Notes: generated from the sequence alone by a model not told the origin. DNA of 44,351 bases from an uncultured Bacilli bacterium (GCA_947632395.1 CANRPA010000005.1:1-44351), one strand, 5' to 3'; positions 12,220-23,191 are shown, counted from the first letter of the stretch. A program made the numbers and translations.

Positions 12220-12435
12220 ATGGCAAAAGAAGATGTTATTGAGATGGAAGGTAAAGTATTAGAGGTATTGCCAGGCTATGAATTTAAAGTAGAACTAGCA
12301 AACAAACATGTAATTACGGCACACGTTTCAGGTAAAATACGAATGAACATGATTCGAATTTTAGCTGGTGACACAGTAATGGTTGAATTATCAACTTACG
12401 ATTTAACACGTGGTCGTATAACCTACAGAAAATAG
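12220..12435 (+). CDS. infA: Translation initiation factor IF-1
   Basis: [18 protein letters not shown]. Confidence 0.99.
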   Translation: MAKEDVIEMEGKVLEVLPGYEFKVELANKHVITAHVSGKIRMNMIRILAGDTVMVELSTYDLTRGRITYRK

Positions 12436-12447
12436 GAGGTAAGAAAG

Positions 12448-12561
12448 ATGAAAGTTAAACCATCAGTAAAACCAATGTGTGAAAAATGTAAAGTTATTAA
12501 ACGTAAGGGTAAAGTAATGGTAATTTGTGAAAACCCAAAACATAAACAAAGACAAGGTTAA
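12448..12561 (+). CDS. rpmJ: 50S ribosomal protein L36 (not in ORF track)
   Basis: Hand translation [37 protein letters not shown], with GGAGG SD. Confidence 0.98.
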   Translation: MKVKPSVKPMCEKCKVIKRKGKVMVICENPKHKQRQG

Positions 12562-12576
12562 AATAGGAGGTGTTTT

Positions 12577-12942
12577 ATGGCACGTATTAAAGGTGTAAAT
12601 ATACCAGATAATAAAAGAATAGAAATTTCACTTACTTATGTATATGGAATTGGAAGAAGTCTTTCAAATAAAATCTTAAAAGACGCAAAAGTTAATCCAG
12701 ATACAAGAGCTGGAAAACTTACAAATGATGAATTAAATGCAATTCGTGATCAAGTTGATAAGTATATGACAGAAGGAGATCTTCGTCGTGAAGTAAATAT
12801 GAATATTAAAACTAAAATGGAAATAAATTCATATCAAGGAGATCGTCATAAAAAAGGTTTACCTGTAAGAGGTCAAAGAACAAATAGAAATGCTCGTACT
12901 CGTAAAGGTAAAGGTAAAGTAGTTGCTAATAAGAAAAAATAG
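12577..12942 (+). CDS. rpsM: 30S ribosomal protein S13
   Basis: [16 protein letters not shown]. Confidence 0.99.
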   Translation: MARIKGVNIPDNKRIEISLTYVYGIGRSLSNKILKDAKVNPDTRAGKLTNDELNAIRDQVDKYMTEGDLRREVNMNIKTKMEINSYQGDRHKKGLPVRGQRTNRNARTRKGKGKVVANKKK

Positions 12943-12965
12943 TTGTGATTAAAGGAGGATAAATT

Positions 12966-13349
12966 ATGGCTTATAAATCAAGAAAAAGAAAAGTGAAGAA
13001 AAATGTACCAGAAGGTAAAGCTTACGTTCATTCAACATTCAATAATACTATTGTAACAATTACTGATAATGATGGTAATGCAATAAGTTGGGCTTCTGCT
13101 GGGACTTTAGGTTTCAAAGGAAGTAAAAAGTCAACTCCATTCGCAGCTGGTATGAGTGCTGAAGCAGCAGGTAAAGCAGCATACGATATGGGTATGAGAA
13201 AAGTTGAAGTATTTGTAAAAGGTTTAGGATCAGGTAAAGAAACAGCAATCCGTTCACTTCAAACAGCAGGTTTAGAAATTACATCTATATCTGATGTTAC
13301 ACCTATACCACACAATGGATGTCGTCCACCAAAACGTCCACGTGGATAA
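12966..13349 (+). CDS. rpsK: 30S ribosomal protein S11
   Basis: [14 protein letters not shown]. Confidence 0.99.
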   Translation: MAYKSRKRKVKKNVPEGKAYVHSTFNNTIVTITDNDGNAISWASAGTLGFKGSKKSTPFAAGMSAEAAGKAAYDMGMRKVEVFVKGLGSGKETAIRSLQTAGLEITSISDVTPIPHNGCRPPKRPRG

Positions 13350-13363
13350 GAGGAGGAATGAAA

Positions 13364-14314
13364 ATGTTAAATTTTGAAAAACCAATATATAAAATAACTG
13401 AATATGTAGAAGATAAAAATTATGGTAAATTTGAATTAGAACCACTTGAAAGAGGTTTTGGTACAACTTTAGGTAATGCTCTTAGAAGAGTAATGCTATC
13501 TAGTATGCCAGGAAGTGCTATAGTAGCAGTAAAAATAGATGGAGTTATGCATGAATTCCAAACTATGGATGGTATAGTAGAAGACGTAACAACTATAGTT
13601 TTAAATTTAAAGAATGTAGTTGTTAAGAAAAATGTAGAAGAAGAAGTAATTCTTAAACTATACGCTGATAAAGAAGGTGTAGTAACTGCCGGAGATATCG
13701 AGGAAAACACAGATGTTGAAATTATTAATAAAGACCAAGTAATAGCAACTATTGCTAAAGGTGGAAAACTTGATATGGAATTAATAGTAGCAAATGGACG
13801 CGGTTATGTACCATCAACAGAAAATAAAAAATATATTGAAAATCAAAAAATAGGATTCATTCCAATTGATGCATTGTATTCACCAATTGAAAGAGTTAGT
13901 TATGAAATAGATAGTGCACGTGTTGGTCAAGATGCTAGTTATGATAAACTAATAATGGAAGTATTTACAAATGGATCAATTAGACCAGAAGAAGCTATGG
14001 CTCTTGCAGCAAAAATTATGATTGAACATTTAAATATAGTAACTAATTTAAGTGAAATAGCTGATATTACAGGAATAATGAACGCTAAGCAAGAAGATAG
14101 TAAAATAAAAAAATTAGAAACTTCAATAGATGATTTAGATTTCTCAGTAAGAGCATACAATTGTTTAAAAAGAGCTGGAGTTAATACTCTTGGGGATTTA
14201 ACAGCTAAATCAGAAGTAGAAATGATGAAAATTCGTAACTTAGGTAAAAAGTCTTTAAAAGAAGTAATCGATAAGATTAAGGATATGGGACTTAGATTCC
14301 GCGAAGACGATTAA
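13364..14314 (+). CDS. rpoA: RNA polymerase alpha subunit
   Basis: [17 protein letters not shown]; start moved to ATG 13364 behind AGGAGG. Confidence 0.99.
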   Translation: MLNFEKPIYKITEYVEDKNYGKFELEPLERGFGTTLGNALRRVMLSSMPGSAIVAVKIDGVMHEFQTMDGIVEDVTTIVLNLKNVVVKKNVEEEVILKLYADKEGVVTAGDIEENTDVEIINKDQVIATIAKGGKLDMELIVANGRGYVPSTENKKYIENQKIGFIPIDALYSPIERVSYEIDSARVGQDASYDKLIMEVFTNGSIRPEEAMALAAKIMIEHLNIVTNLSEIADITGIMNAKQEDSKIKKLETSIDDLDFSVRAYNCLKRAGVNTLGDLTAKSEVEMMKIRNLGKKSLKEVIDKIKDMGLRFREDD

Positions 14315-14331
14315 TAGTTAGGAGGAATATT

Positions 14332-14688
14332 ATGGCTTATAGAAAATTAGGACGCAAAAATAAACATAGAAGAAGTATGCTTGCTAATTTGACTAAAGAT
14401 GTTATCATGAATGAAAGAATAGAAACAACAGAAACTAGAGCTAAAGAAGTTCGTAAATTTGTTGATAAAATGATTACTTATGGTAAAGATGGTTCTTTAG
14501 TATCAAGAAGAAAAGCATTAGCATTTTTACATAACAATGAAACAGTAGTTAAAAAAGTTTTTGATGATTTAGCTAAACGTTATGAAAATCGTAATGGTGG
14601 TTATACAAGAATTTTAAAACTTACTGAACGCCGTGGGGATGATGCTTTAATGGTTATTTTAGAGTTAGTTGAGGGAGATGCAAAATAA
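14332..14688 (+). CDS. rplQ: 50S ribosomal protein L17
   Basis: [16 protein letters not shown]. Confidence 0.99.
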   Translation: MAYRKLGRKNKHRRSMLANLTKDVIMNERIETTETRAKEVRKFVDKMITYGKDGSLVSRRKALAFLHNNETVVKKVFDDLAKRYENRNGGYTRILKLTERRGDDALMVILELVEGDAK

Positions 14689-14700
14689 TCTCTCTTTTTT
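14671..14700 (+). terminator. Terminator of ribosomal superoperon
   Basis: gagggagat / atctctctt hairpin plus T run. Confidence 0.6.
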
Positions 14701-14786
14701 CTTCTAACATATACAACTTGTCTAAATGCGTTGTAAAATAAGGGGTTTTGTGGTAACATAATGGTGTTAGAATAGGAGTTGGTAGT

Positions 14787-15488
14787 ATGATTAACTTTAT
14801 ATTATGCGAAGATAATGCGAAAGATAGAAAAATTGAAATATCAGTAGTAAAGGAATTTATTAAAGAAAATAAGATAGATGGAAAAATTCATTTATTTGAT
14901 GACTATGATAATAGATTTAATAGTATTATAAAAGAAAAACTACCTAATAAGATATATTTATTAGATATTGAAACACCTTCAGGTTCTGGTATAGATGCAG
15001 CAAGAAAAATAAGAAGGATAGATATGGATAGTGTAATTACATTTTTAACATCACATGAAGAATTAGGTAATATAGTATTAAAAAATGATTTAATGTATTT
15101 ATCATTTATAAATAAGTTTGATAATTTTTCTGATAGACTTAATAATTCATTAAAAAAATCATTATATGTATTAAATCAAAAACAAGCAATAAAATTTATC
15201 GATAGAAATATTTCATATACAATAAAATTAAATGACATTTTGTACATAACAACTGATAGTTTTGAAAGAAAAACAATAATTAAAACAGATTATTCTGAAT
15301 TTAAAGTTAATAAGACTTTATCAGAAATAGTTAATATGTTAGATGATAGATTTATTCAAACTCATAGAGCATGTTATATAAATTCTGATAGAAAAGTTAT
15401 GATTGATAAAAATACTAAAACAATCACATTTGATAACAATGAAACAATTTCTCTTCTTTCTGATAAATTTAAGAAAGTTGTGTGTTGA
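14787..15488 (+). CDS. AgrA-like LytTR response regulator
   Basis: Receiver motifs (LCEDN, LLDIE, SGIDAA, FLTSH) and LytTR FIQTHRACYIN. Confidence 0.93.
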   Translation: MINFILCEDNAKDRKIEISVVKEFIKENKIDGKIHLFDDYDNRFNSIIKEKLPNKIYLLDIETPSGSGIDAARKIRRIDMDSVITFLTSHEELGNIVLKNDLMYLSFINKFDNFSDRLNNSLKKSLYVLNQKQAIKFIDRNISYTIKLNDILYITTDSFERKTIIKTDYSEFKVNKTLSEIVNMLDDRFIQTHRACYINSDRKVMIDKNTKTITFDNNETISLLSDKFKKVVC

Positions 15489-15489
15489 T

Positions 15490-16809
15490 ATGATAGAAAA
15501 TTTATATTTAATTTTTGCCTGTATGATTCTAGTTTGTTCTCTTATATACGTATGGCATAAATTGTTAAATAAAAAGATTAATTTTACTGATTATAAATTA
15601 TATATTTCATTGGTTTCAATAACGGCTATTTCTTATTTTAATTTTTATATTGTAGATAAATTTATAAGAGTAATATTAATAACAATTGTTTTCATGTTTT
15701 TCTTTAGATATTTATTTAAAGAAAATCTACAAAAATGTATAATAACTCCGATTTTTTATCAAATATTATTAATGATAGTTGAAGCAATTTTTATGTTGTT
15801 AACAATAACAATATTTAAATTAAATTTAGGAACTTTTAGATATGAGTATGTTGGTACGTTCTTTTCTAATGTTGCAATTTCTATACTAACAATATTAATT
15901 GTAAATATTCCTATTACTAAAAAAATCTATAATATTATATTGAAATATGTAGAAAAAATTAAAAAGGAAATATTAATAATGCTTTCTTTGGGATTAATAT
16001 TTGTTTTTAATATAGTTGAAGTTATTACATATTATAAAGTTGATGTTAGAATTTTAGTAATAAGTAATATGATATTTATGTCATTTTGTTTTTTCATAAT
16101 GATATATTTGTTTAAAACACAAAGTAATTACAATAAAGTATCTAGTAAATATAATATAGCTACAAAAAGTTTGAATGATTATGAAGAAATGATGACAAAA
16201 TATAGAGTTGCAAATCATGAAAATAAAAATTTACTTAAAACAATTAGAGCTATGATTTTAAATAATGAAAAAGATATACCTAAATATATAGACACTATTG
16301 TTGAAGAAAAATATGAAGTAGATGATAAACTTTTATTTAAAATGAGTGTAATACCAACAGGTGGACTTAGGGCAACAATTTATTCAGAAATATTAAAAAT
16401 CAAAGAAAATAAAATAGACTATAATTTAAATATAGATAGAAAAATTAAATCAATAGATTTTATAGAAATGGATACTAATGTAATTTTAGATATATGTAAA
16501 ATTGTTAGTGTATTCATAGATAACGCAATAGAAGAAGTTAAAAATATAAAGAATAAATATATTGGAATAGATTTATATATGGATGATGACAAACTAAATA
16601 TAAAAATTTCCAATTGTTATAAAAGTAAAATAGAATTAGATAAAATTTTTGATGAAGGATATACAACAAAAGGTTCTGGACATGGTTATGGATTGCCTTT
16701 AGTAAAAGAAATAATAAAAAAGAATACTATATTTGAAAATCGATTAGAAATTACAGATGAAATATTTAGCCAAATATTGATTATTAAAATAAAAAAGAAT
16801 TACATTTAA
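15490..16809 (+). CDS. AgrC-like membrane sensor histidine kinase (GHKL)
   Basis: Multi-TM N-terminus, H-box HENKN, N-box IDNAIE, TTKGSGHGYGL; ATG 15490 preferred. Confidence 0.92.
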   Translation: MIENLYLIFACMILVCSLIYVWHKLLNKKINFTDYKLYISLVSITAISYFNFYIVDKFIRVILITIVFMFFFRYLFKENLQKCIITPIFYQILLMIVEAIFMLLTITIFKLNLGTFRYEYVGTFFSNVAISILTILIVNIPITKKIYNIILKYVEKIKKEILIMLSLGLIFVFNIVEVITYYKVDVRILVISNMIFMSFCFFIMIYLFKTQSNYNKVSSKYNIATKSLNDYEEMMTKYRVANHENKNLLKTIRAMILNNEKDIPKYIDTIVEEKYEVDDKLLFKMSVIPTGGLRATIYSEILKIKENKIDYNLNIDRKIKSIDFIEMDTNVILDICKIVSVFIDNAIEEVKNIKNKYIGIDLYMDDDKLNIKISNCYKSKIELDKIFDEGYTTKGSGHGYGLPLVKEIIKKNTIFENRLEITDEIFSQILIIKIKKNYI

Positions 16810-16827
16810 TTCAATGCAATTCTTTTT
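16792..16827. terminator. Bidirectional terminator between kinase and agrD
   Basis: aaaaagaattacatt / aatgcaattcttttt inverted repeat with 1 mismatch. Confidence 0.6.
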
Positions 16828-16828
16828 C

Positions 16829-16945
16829 TTATTTAATTAAACTTTCTGGACATTCTGGTTCATCAATCATTAAAAAAAAGCATGCTTGACTTCCAGTTTT
16901 AGCAGATCCTATGCCTAACATAGCTAATAAATTTGCAAAAAACAT
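16829..16945 (-). CDS. agrD: AgrD-like cyclic peptide precursor (not in ORF track)
   Basis: Hand translation MFFANLLAMLGIGSAKTGSQACFFLMIDEPECPESLIK; GAGGAGGA SD; directly downstream of agrB. Confidence 0.88.
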   Translation of the reverse strand: MFFANLLAMLGIGSAKTGSQACFFLMIDEPECPESLIK

Positions 16946-17002
16946 ACTTCTCCTCCTCTCTTTATTCTTTTATATATTTAAACCTCAAAATAAAGTTTAA
17001 AC

Positions 17003-17623
17003 CTAATTATTTAAAAAATCTGGATGATTCTGTAAAAACGTTATATAGTTGTTGTAAGGTAATTTGAATAATTTATAAACACAAGGTGATATTAAACAAT
17101 TTTCTAATATACTAGATAGTATTAAACAGTTAGAAATAAAATTGTTATTTATAAGAACTGCTATAAAAGAAAATGTAATAACTATTAAAGTAGATATAGT
17201 TTTATAAACCAATCTTCTTTTTTTATTTACTATGGGTCTTTTATATGTATCAGCAGGTGAATTTTTAAAAATAAATATAATATTTAAAATACAAATAATA
17301 ATTTTAACATAAATATTAATATCTATATTTCTACATAAAATTGGTATTTCTATAAATATAATAGTAGAGCTTACTAAACAAATCCAACTTTTAGTAGCAT
17401 GTAATCCAAATGCTGTAGTTCTTATAATATTAAATAGAATCATAAATATTAATACATCTTTAAATATTCCTAATAATAAAGAAATTACACAAATAATAAT
17501 TAATTTATAAGAAGTTAAATATATACTAGTTAAACCATATTCTATTTCTTTTAATTTACCTTCATCGTAATCATTATATTTTTTTATATAATTCATGCAA
17601 TTATTAATAATAAACTTTTTCAT
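17003..17623 (-). CDS. agrB: AgrB peptide-processing membrane protein
   Basis: IEYGL, RTTAFGLHA...C catalytic His/Cys, SPADTYKRP. Confidence 0.93.
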   Translation of the reverse strand: MKKFIINNCMNYIKKYNDYDEGKLKEIEYGLTSIYLTSYKLIIICVISLLLGIFKDVLIFMILFNIIRTTAFGLHATKSWICLVSSTIIFIEIPILCRNIDINIYVKIIICILNIIFIFKNSPADTYKRPIVNKKRRLVYKTISTLIVITFSFIAVLINNNFISNCLILSSILENCLISPCVYKLFKLPYNNYITFLQNHPDFLNN

Positions 17624-17953
17624 AAAACTTACCTCTTATGTTTACGATAAAATTATATAATGTAGCAACAAAATAATAAATATAAAATGCGTCAATGCAC
17701 AATATAATTGATTAATTCCAACAAATGTGATGTGCTATTTTGCACGTTTCCCCGTTTTAAACATTATAAATATGGTTTCATGTAATTTGACTTAATCTTA
17801 TATTTTAGGTGTGATAAAATGTTAATGTTTTCTATTTGATAAAATACTAGAAGCATGATTTTGTCGAAATTTGGAGAACGGTTATGTATACTATATGTAT
17901 AAATTTTATAGTATACTTAGATTGTAATTAAATAGAAGGGAGATGTGAGTGTA

Positions 17954-18169
17954 ATGATTACAGGTAAAGTAAAATGGTTCAACAATGAAAAAGGCTTTGG
18001 ATTTATCGAATATAATGAGCATGAGGATATATTTGTTCACTATTCATCAATTATGTCAGAAGGTTACAAAACTTTAGTTGAAGGACAATATGTAAAATTT
18101 GAACTTGTTAGAACAGATAAAGGATTACAAGCAAAAAATGTAGTAGAAATCAAGACAGCTTTAGTATAA
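17954..18169 (+). CDS. csp: Cold-shock protein
   Basis: [22 protein letters not shown]; alternative start GTG 17945. Confidence 0.97.
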   Translation: MITGKVKWFNNEKGFGFIEYNEHEDIFVHYSSIMSEGYKTLVEGQYVKFELVRTDKGLQAKNVVEIKTALV

Positions 18170-18231
18170 TCAACTTTGTGAAATAAAACTATGTTAGTAT
18201 AAGTAGTTTTTTTTATGCAAAAATTTGAATT

Positions 18232-18259
18232 TTGACAAAAATAAAAAATATGCTATAAT
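18232..18259 (+). promoter_or_regulatory. Sigma-A promoter of hpf
   Basis: TTGACA, 16-bp spacer, extended -10 TGcTATAAT. Confidence 0.7.
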
Positions 18260-18281
18260 GAAATCAGAAAGGATTGATGCT

Positions 18282-18803
18282 ATGAAATTTAATATTCATG
18301 GAAAAAAGCTTGATGTAACTAGCTCAATTAAAAGTTACATAGAAGAAAAAATAGGGAGATTAGATAAATATTTTGGAAATCCTGATGACATAACAGCAAC
18401 CGTACTTATCAAACTAAGAGGAAATGATCAAGTAGTTGAAGTTACAATTAATGCAAATAAATATATGATAAGAGGAGAAGAATCTCATAAAGATTTATAT
18501 GCAGCGATAGATAAAGTTTCAGATAAAATGGAACGTCAAATAAGAAAAAACAAAACTAGAATGAGTAGAAGGGTTAGTAAAGATTTAGATTTTAATTTGA
18601 ATTTTGAAGAACCAGAAGAAAATAATAATGTCATTGTTAAAAGAAAGACTATACAAAATAAACCAATGGATGAAGAAGAAGCTATTTTACAAATGGAACT
18701 TTCTGGGCATGAATTCTTTGCCTTTAAAAATATGAATACAGATGATGTTAATATATTATATAAGAGAAAAGATGGAAATTATGGTATATTAGAAATTAAA
18801 TAG
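18282..18803 (+). CDS. hpf: Ribosome hibernation promoting factor (long HPF)
   Basis: DLYAAID, PMDEEEAILQMEL, YKRKDGNYG; ATG 18282. Confidence 0.96.
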   Translation: MKFNIHGKKLDVTSSIKSYIEEKIGRLDKYFGNPDDITATVLIKLRGNDQVVEVTINANKYMIRGEESHKDLYAAIDKVSDKMERQIRKNKTRMSRRVSKDLDFNLNFEEPEENNNVIVKRKTIQNKPMDEEEAILQMELSGHEFFAFKNMNTDDVNILYKRKDGNYGILEIK

Positions 18804-18887
18804 GAATTTTCCTATTTTTTTTAAATTTACTATTATTTTTACATAATATTTGATAAAATATATATATAAGACAAAGGAGAATGATAC

Positions 18888-21380
18888 ATGAAGTTTTTAA
18901 AAAAAATATTCAATCACGAATATAGAGAGTTAGAAAAATTTAAAGAAATAGCAAATCAAGTAATTGCGCTTGATGAAGAATATTCAAAATTATCAGATAA
19001 GGATTTGAAGCATAAAACAGAAGAATTTAAAAAAAGACTTGAAAATGGTGAAACACTTGAAGATATCAAAGTAGAAGCCTTTGCTACTGCACGCGAAGCC
19101 GCAAGTCGTGTAATAGGAGAAAAACCATATTATGTACAAATAATAGGTGGACTTGCAATTCACTATGGTAATATAGCAGAAATGAAAACAGGTGAAGGTA
19201 AAACTTTAACATCTACAATGCCTGCTTATTTAAATGCACTAACAGGTGAAGGTGTACACATAATAACAGTTAATGAATATTTAGCTGAGCGTGATGCAAA
19301 TTGGATGGGTGAAATTTATAGATTCTTAGGACTTACGGTAGGTATTAATTATCGTGAACTTTCAACTAATGATAAAAGAGAAGCTTATAATTGTGATATA
19401 TTGTACTCAACAAATAATGAAATAGGATTTGATTATTTAAGAGATAATATGGTAATAAAAGCAAGTGATAGAGTAGCACGCCCTTATAACTTTGCTATTA
19501 TAGATGAAGTAGACTCAGTATTAATAGATGAAGCTCGTACTCCACTTATTATATCAGGTGGATTTATGAAATCTGCTAATTTATATATGCAAACGGATAA
19601 ATTTGTTAAAGGATTAAAGGAAAATGATGGATATATATACGATGAAAAAACAAAAGCAGTATCACTTGATCAAAAGGGTATTGAAAAGGCAGAAAAAACA
19701 TTTGCTGTAGATAACCTATATGATATTAATAATACAAATTTAGTACACTTTATAAATCAAGCATTAAAAGCTAATTATGCTATGAAAATAGATGTAGATT
19801 ATGTAGTAAATGATGGAAAAATAGTAATAGTAGATCCATTTACAGGCCGTTTAATGCAAGGTCGTTCTTATTCAGATGGACTTCATCAAGCAATAGAGGC
19901 AAAAGAAGGAGTACAAATAAATGAGGAAACTAAGACTTTAGCAACTATTACATTTCAAAATTTATTTAGAATGTATAAAAAATTATCTGGTATGACTGGT
20001 ACAGCAAAAACAGAAGAAGAAGAATTTAGAGATATTTATAACATGTATGTTATTCAAATACCAACAAATAAGCCAATAGCTCGTAAAGATTATGGAGATT
20101 TATTATTTGCTACAAAAGAGGGTAAATATAAAGCAATAGTAAATGAAATAAAGGAACGTCATGAAAAAGGTCAACCAGTATTAGTAGGTACAATAGCAGT
20201 TGAAACAAGTGAATTAATAAGTGAAAGACTTAAAAAAATTAAAATTCCACATGAAGTATTAAATGCTAAAAATCATGCAAGAGAAGCAGAAATTATTGCT
20301 AAAGCAGGAGAAAAAGGAGCCGTTACAATAGCTACAAATATGGCAGGACGTGGAACAGATATCAAGCTTACAGACGAAGTAAAAGAACTTGGAGGACTTT
20401 TTGTAATAGGTACAGAACGTCATGAATCAAGACGTATAGATAATCAGTTAAGAGGTCGTTCAGGTCGTCAAGGAGACCCTGGAGAAAGCCAATTTTGTGT
20501 ATCATTTGAAGATGATCTTATGGTTAGATTTGGAACAGATAGAGCCAAATTAATGCTACAAAGAATAGGCTTTGGAGAAGATGTTTCAATAAGAAATAAA
20601 ATGTTATCAAGTTCAATAGAATCTGCCCAAAAAAGAGTAGAGGGTAATAATTTCGATACAAGAAAAACTTTACTTGAATATGATGATGTTATTAATGAAC
20701 AAAGATCAATAATATATGAAAAAAGAAATCAAATACTTGATATGGAATCTATTAAAGAAATAATAGAAGAAATGGTAGGAAATTTTGTTAAGGATATAGT
20801 TTATGGTCGTTTACAAGATGAAAAAGAATTAAATAGAAATGATAAATCAGAAATACTTGAAAAAATAAATGAACTTGTTAAAGATAAAGTAATCTTTGAT
20901 GAAATAGAGTATAAAAATTCTGATGAAATAATTGAATATCTAAGTCAAAAATTATTAACAGAATATCAAGATAAAGTTAAAAAGATACCAGAAGAGATTA
21001 CAAATGAATTTGAAAAGGCAATAACTTTAAGAGTAATAGATACATATTGGATGGAACATATAAATACTATGTCACATTTAAAAGAAGGAATACACCTAAG
21101 AGGTTATGGACAAAATAATCCACTAATGGAATATAAAAATGAAGGGTATGAACTATTTGATGAATTACTTGCTAGAATAGATGCTCAAGTAACTACATAT
21201 TTATTAAAAGCAGAAGTAAGGCAAAATAGTGAACGCAAAAAAGTAGCTGATAATGTATCAACTAATGAAGATAAAGTTAAACAAAAGAAAGCTACACCAA
21301 AAAGGGTACAGAAAATAGGTAGAAATGCCCCATGTCCTTGTGGTTCGGGCAAAAAGTACAAGAACTGTTGCGGAAAATGA
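18888..21380 (+). CDS. secA: Preprotein translocase ATPase SecA
   Basis: MKTGEGKT, DEVDS, ATNMAGRGTDI, C-terminal SEC-C motif. Confidence 0.99.
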   Translation: MKFLKKIFNHEYRELEKFKEIANQVIALDEEYSKLSDKDLKHKTEEFKKRLENGETLEDIKVEAFATAREAASRVIGEKPYYVQIIGGLAIHYGNIAEMKTGEGKTLTSTMPAYLNALTGEGVHIITVNEYLAERDANWMGEIYRFLGLTVGINYRELSTNDKREAYNCDILYSTNNEIGFDYLRDNMVIKASDRVARPYNFAIIDEVDSVLIDEARTPLIISGGFMKSANLYMQTDKFVKGLKENDGYIYDEKTKAVSLDQKGIEKAEKTFAVDNLYDINNTNLVHFINQALKANYAMKIDVDYVVNDGKIVIVDPFTGRLMQGRSYSDGLHQAIEAKEGVQINEETKTLATITFQNLFRMYKKLSGMTGTAKTEEEEFRDIYNMYVIQIPTNKPIARKDYGDLLFATKEGKYKAIVNEIKERHEKGQPVLVGTIAVETSELISERLKKIKIPHEVLNAKNHAREAEIIAKAGEKGAVTIATNMAGRGTDIKLTDEVKELGGLFVIGTERHESRRIDNQLRGRSGRQGDPGESQFCVSFEDDLMVRFGTDRAKLMLQRIGFGEDVSIRNKMLSSSIESAQKRVEGNNFDTRKTLLEYDDVINEQRSIIYEKRNQILDMESIKEIIEEMVGNFVKDIVYGRLQDEKELNRNDKSEILEKINELVKDKVIFDEIEYKNSDEIIEYLSQKLLTEYQDKVKKIPEEITNEFEKAITLRVIDTYWMEHINTMSHLKEGIHLRGYGQNNPLMEYKNEGYELFDELLARIDAQVTTYLLKAEVRQNSERKKVADNVSTNEDKVKQKKATPKRVQKIGRNAPCPCGSGKKYKNCCGK

Positions 21381-21605
21381 TTGTAAAATAAGGGCTTGCA
21401 AGCAATTTTTTAAAAAATAAAATATTTGCAAATTTGTAATTTGTTTGCCAAAAAAATTAAAAAAACTAAAAAATCATTTGAAATTAAAGGAAATGTTAAC
21501 CAGTAAAGTATGTTAACATTTTTTAATTTTTAGAAAAAAAACAAAAAGCATGTTCCTTTTAACATACATATATGATATAATGTATGTAGAAAGGAACAAA
21601 GAAAA

Positions 21606-22199
21606 ATGAATAAAGAAGATATTATATTAAATTTAGCTAAAAAAAATAATGGAATTATTACCACAAAAGAAGTAGTAAGTAAAAATATAAATAAGATTTT
21701 TTTGACAAGATTAGTTAATAACAAAAAACTAGAAAGAGTAAAAAAAGGTTTATATGTTTTGCCTTCTACTTGGGGTGATGAATATTTCAATTTAATTTAT
21801 GGAAATAATGCAGTTTTTTCTTATGAAACAGCTTTATATTTTTTAGAACTTTGCCAGTCGGTTCCAAGTGAATATCATATTACAGTAAATAGGGGATATA
21901 ATGGAAGTTTAAGGAAAATTAAAAAAGTGAAACTACATTTTGTGAAAAAAGAATTATTTGATTTAGGCTTAATTGAGATGAAAAGTCCTCAAGGACAATT
22001 TATAAAATGTTATAATGCAGAAAGATGTATATGTGATTTACTTAGGAATAGAGATAATCAAGATATAGAAATAATTAAATATGCTATAACAGAATATTTG
22101 AAGGATAAAAATAAGAGAAATATTCCTTTACTTCTTGATTATGCAAAAGTATTTAATATTCTAGATGATATCAATAAATATTTGGAGGTGCTAATATAA
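21606..22199 (+). CDS. abiEi: AbiEi antitoxin (type IV toxin-antitoxin)
   Basis: NGIITT wHTH, LERVKKGLY, FSYETAL, YNAERCICD; translationally coupled to toxin. Confidence 0.9.
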   Translation: MNKEDIILNLAKKNNGIITTKEVVSKNINKIFLTRLVNNKKLERVKKGLYVLPSTWGDEYFNLIYGNNAVFSYETALYFLELCQSVPSEYHITVNRGYNGSLRKIKKVKLHFVKKELFDLGLIEMKSPQGQFIKCYNAERCICDLLRNRDNQDIEIIKYAITEYLKDKNKRNIPLLLDYAKVFNILDDINKYLEVLI

Positions 22200-23053
22200 T
22201 GATTGATGCTGAAGATTTAAAAATTAAAGTAAAGACTAAAGCCCATGAAAATAACTTAGAACCTCAAGATATTATGCAAATGTATTTTTTTGAAAGGCTT
22301 TTATATAGAATATCAATAAGTGCATATAAATACAATTTTATATTAAAAGGTGGATTATTACTATCTGCAATATTTGGTGATGATCGTAGAACTACACAAG
22401 ATATGGATACTATGATAAAAGGAATTCCACTAGATGAAAGAAAAATAGAGAAAGTTATAAATGAGATTATTAATATAGATTGTGAAGATGGAATAAGTTA
22501 TAGTTTAAAGAAATCAAGAGAAATAAGATTAAATGATAAATATGGAGGAATTAGAGTAAACCTTCTAGGATATAAAGAACATTTACAAGTGCCACTATCT
22601 ATTGATATAACAGTAGGTGATCCAATTACTCCAAGAGAATTAGAATATAGATATAAATGTATGTTTGATGATTCTTATATTAACATTATGGCTTTTAATA
22701 TGGAAACTATTATTGCTGAAAAATTTGAAACATTCATTTCTGATAATATTATGAATACAAGAACGAAAGATTTTTATGATTTGTATATTTTATTAACTAG
22801 ATATTATGATAAAATTGATAAAAAAGTTTTAGTAAAGGCAATTAAAAACACTTTTGAAAGAAGAGAAACTGATTTTGATATAGATAAAATCATATATAAT
22901 TTTAGTAAAATAAAAGAAAGTGATAAGTTAAGATTAAATTTTAAAAATTATAAAAATAAAAAATCTTATGTATCTGATATTGATTATGATGAAATAATGA
23001 ATGCAATTAATTTGGTTATTGAATTATTAAAAAAAGAATTGGTTACAGTTTAG
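22199..23053 (+). CDS. abiEii: AbiEii nucleotidyltransferase toxin
   Basis: FILKGG, RTTQDMD, IAEK, RTKDFYD. Confidence 0.93.
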   Translation: MIDAEDLKIKVKTKAHENNLEPQDIMQMYFFERLLYRISISAYKYNFILKGGLLLSAIFGDDRRTTQDMDTMIKGIPLDERKIEKVINEIINIDCEDGISYSLKKSREIRLNDKYGGIRVNLLGYKEHLQVPLSIDITVGDPITPRELEYRYKCMFDDSYINIMAFNMETIIAEKFETFISDNIMNTRTKDFYDLYILLTRYYDKIDKKVLVKAIKNTFERRETDFDIDKIIYNFSKIKESDKLRLNFKNYKNKKSYVSDIDYDEIMNAINLVIELLKKELVTV

Positions 23054-23191
23054 AAAAGTGTTAACATTTTTGTTGACATTTTTTTATGGAAAAATTTTGA
23101 AATTTAACAAAAAAATAAGTTAATCAAAATAAGAAAAGGAGATGACTAACTATAAAAAGTCAACTCATTTTTCTCAAAAATCTTAAAAAGA

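Noticed and set aside
13349-13364. rpsD absent from the alpha operon
   Set aside because: Normal for Bacilli, where rpsD lies elsewhere.
1529-14160. Antisense and alternate-frame ORFs within the ribosomal operon (e.g. 1529-1738, 1838-2041, 5702-6040, 8812-9147, 13420-13710)
   Set aside because: They shadow highly conserved genes and have no recognisable motifs.
17640-17760. LytTR direct-repeat operator upstream of agrB
   Set aside because: No convincing repeat pair at the expected spacing was visible by eye.
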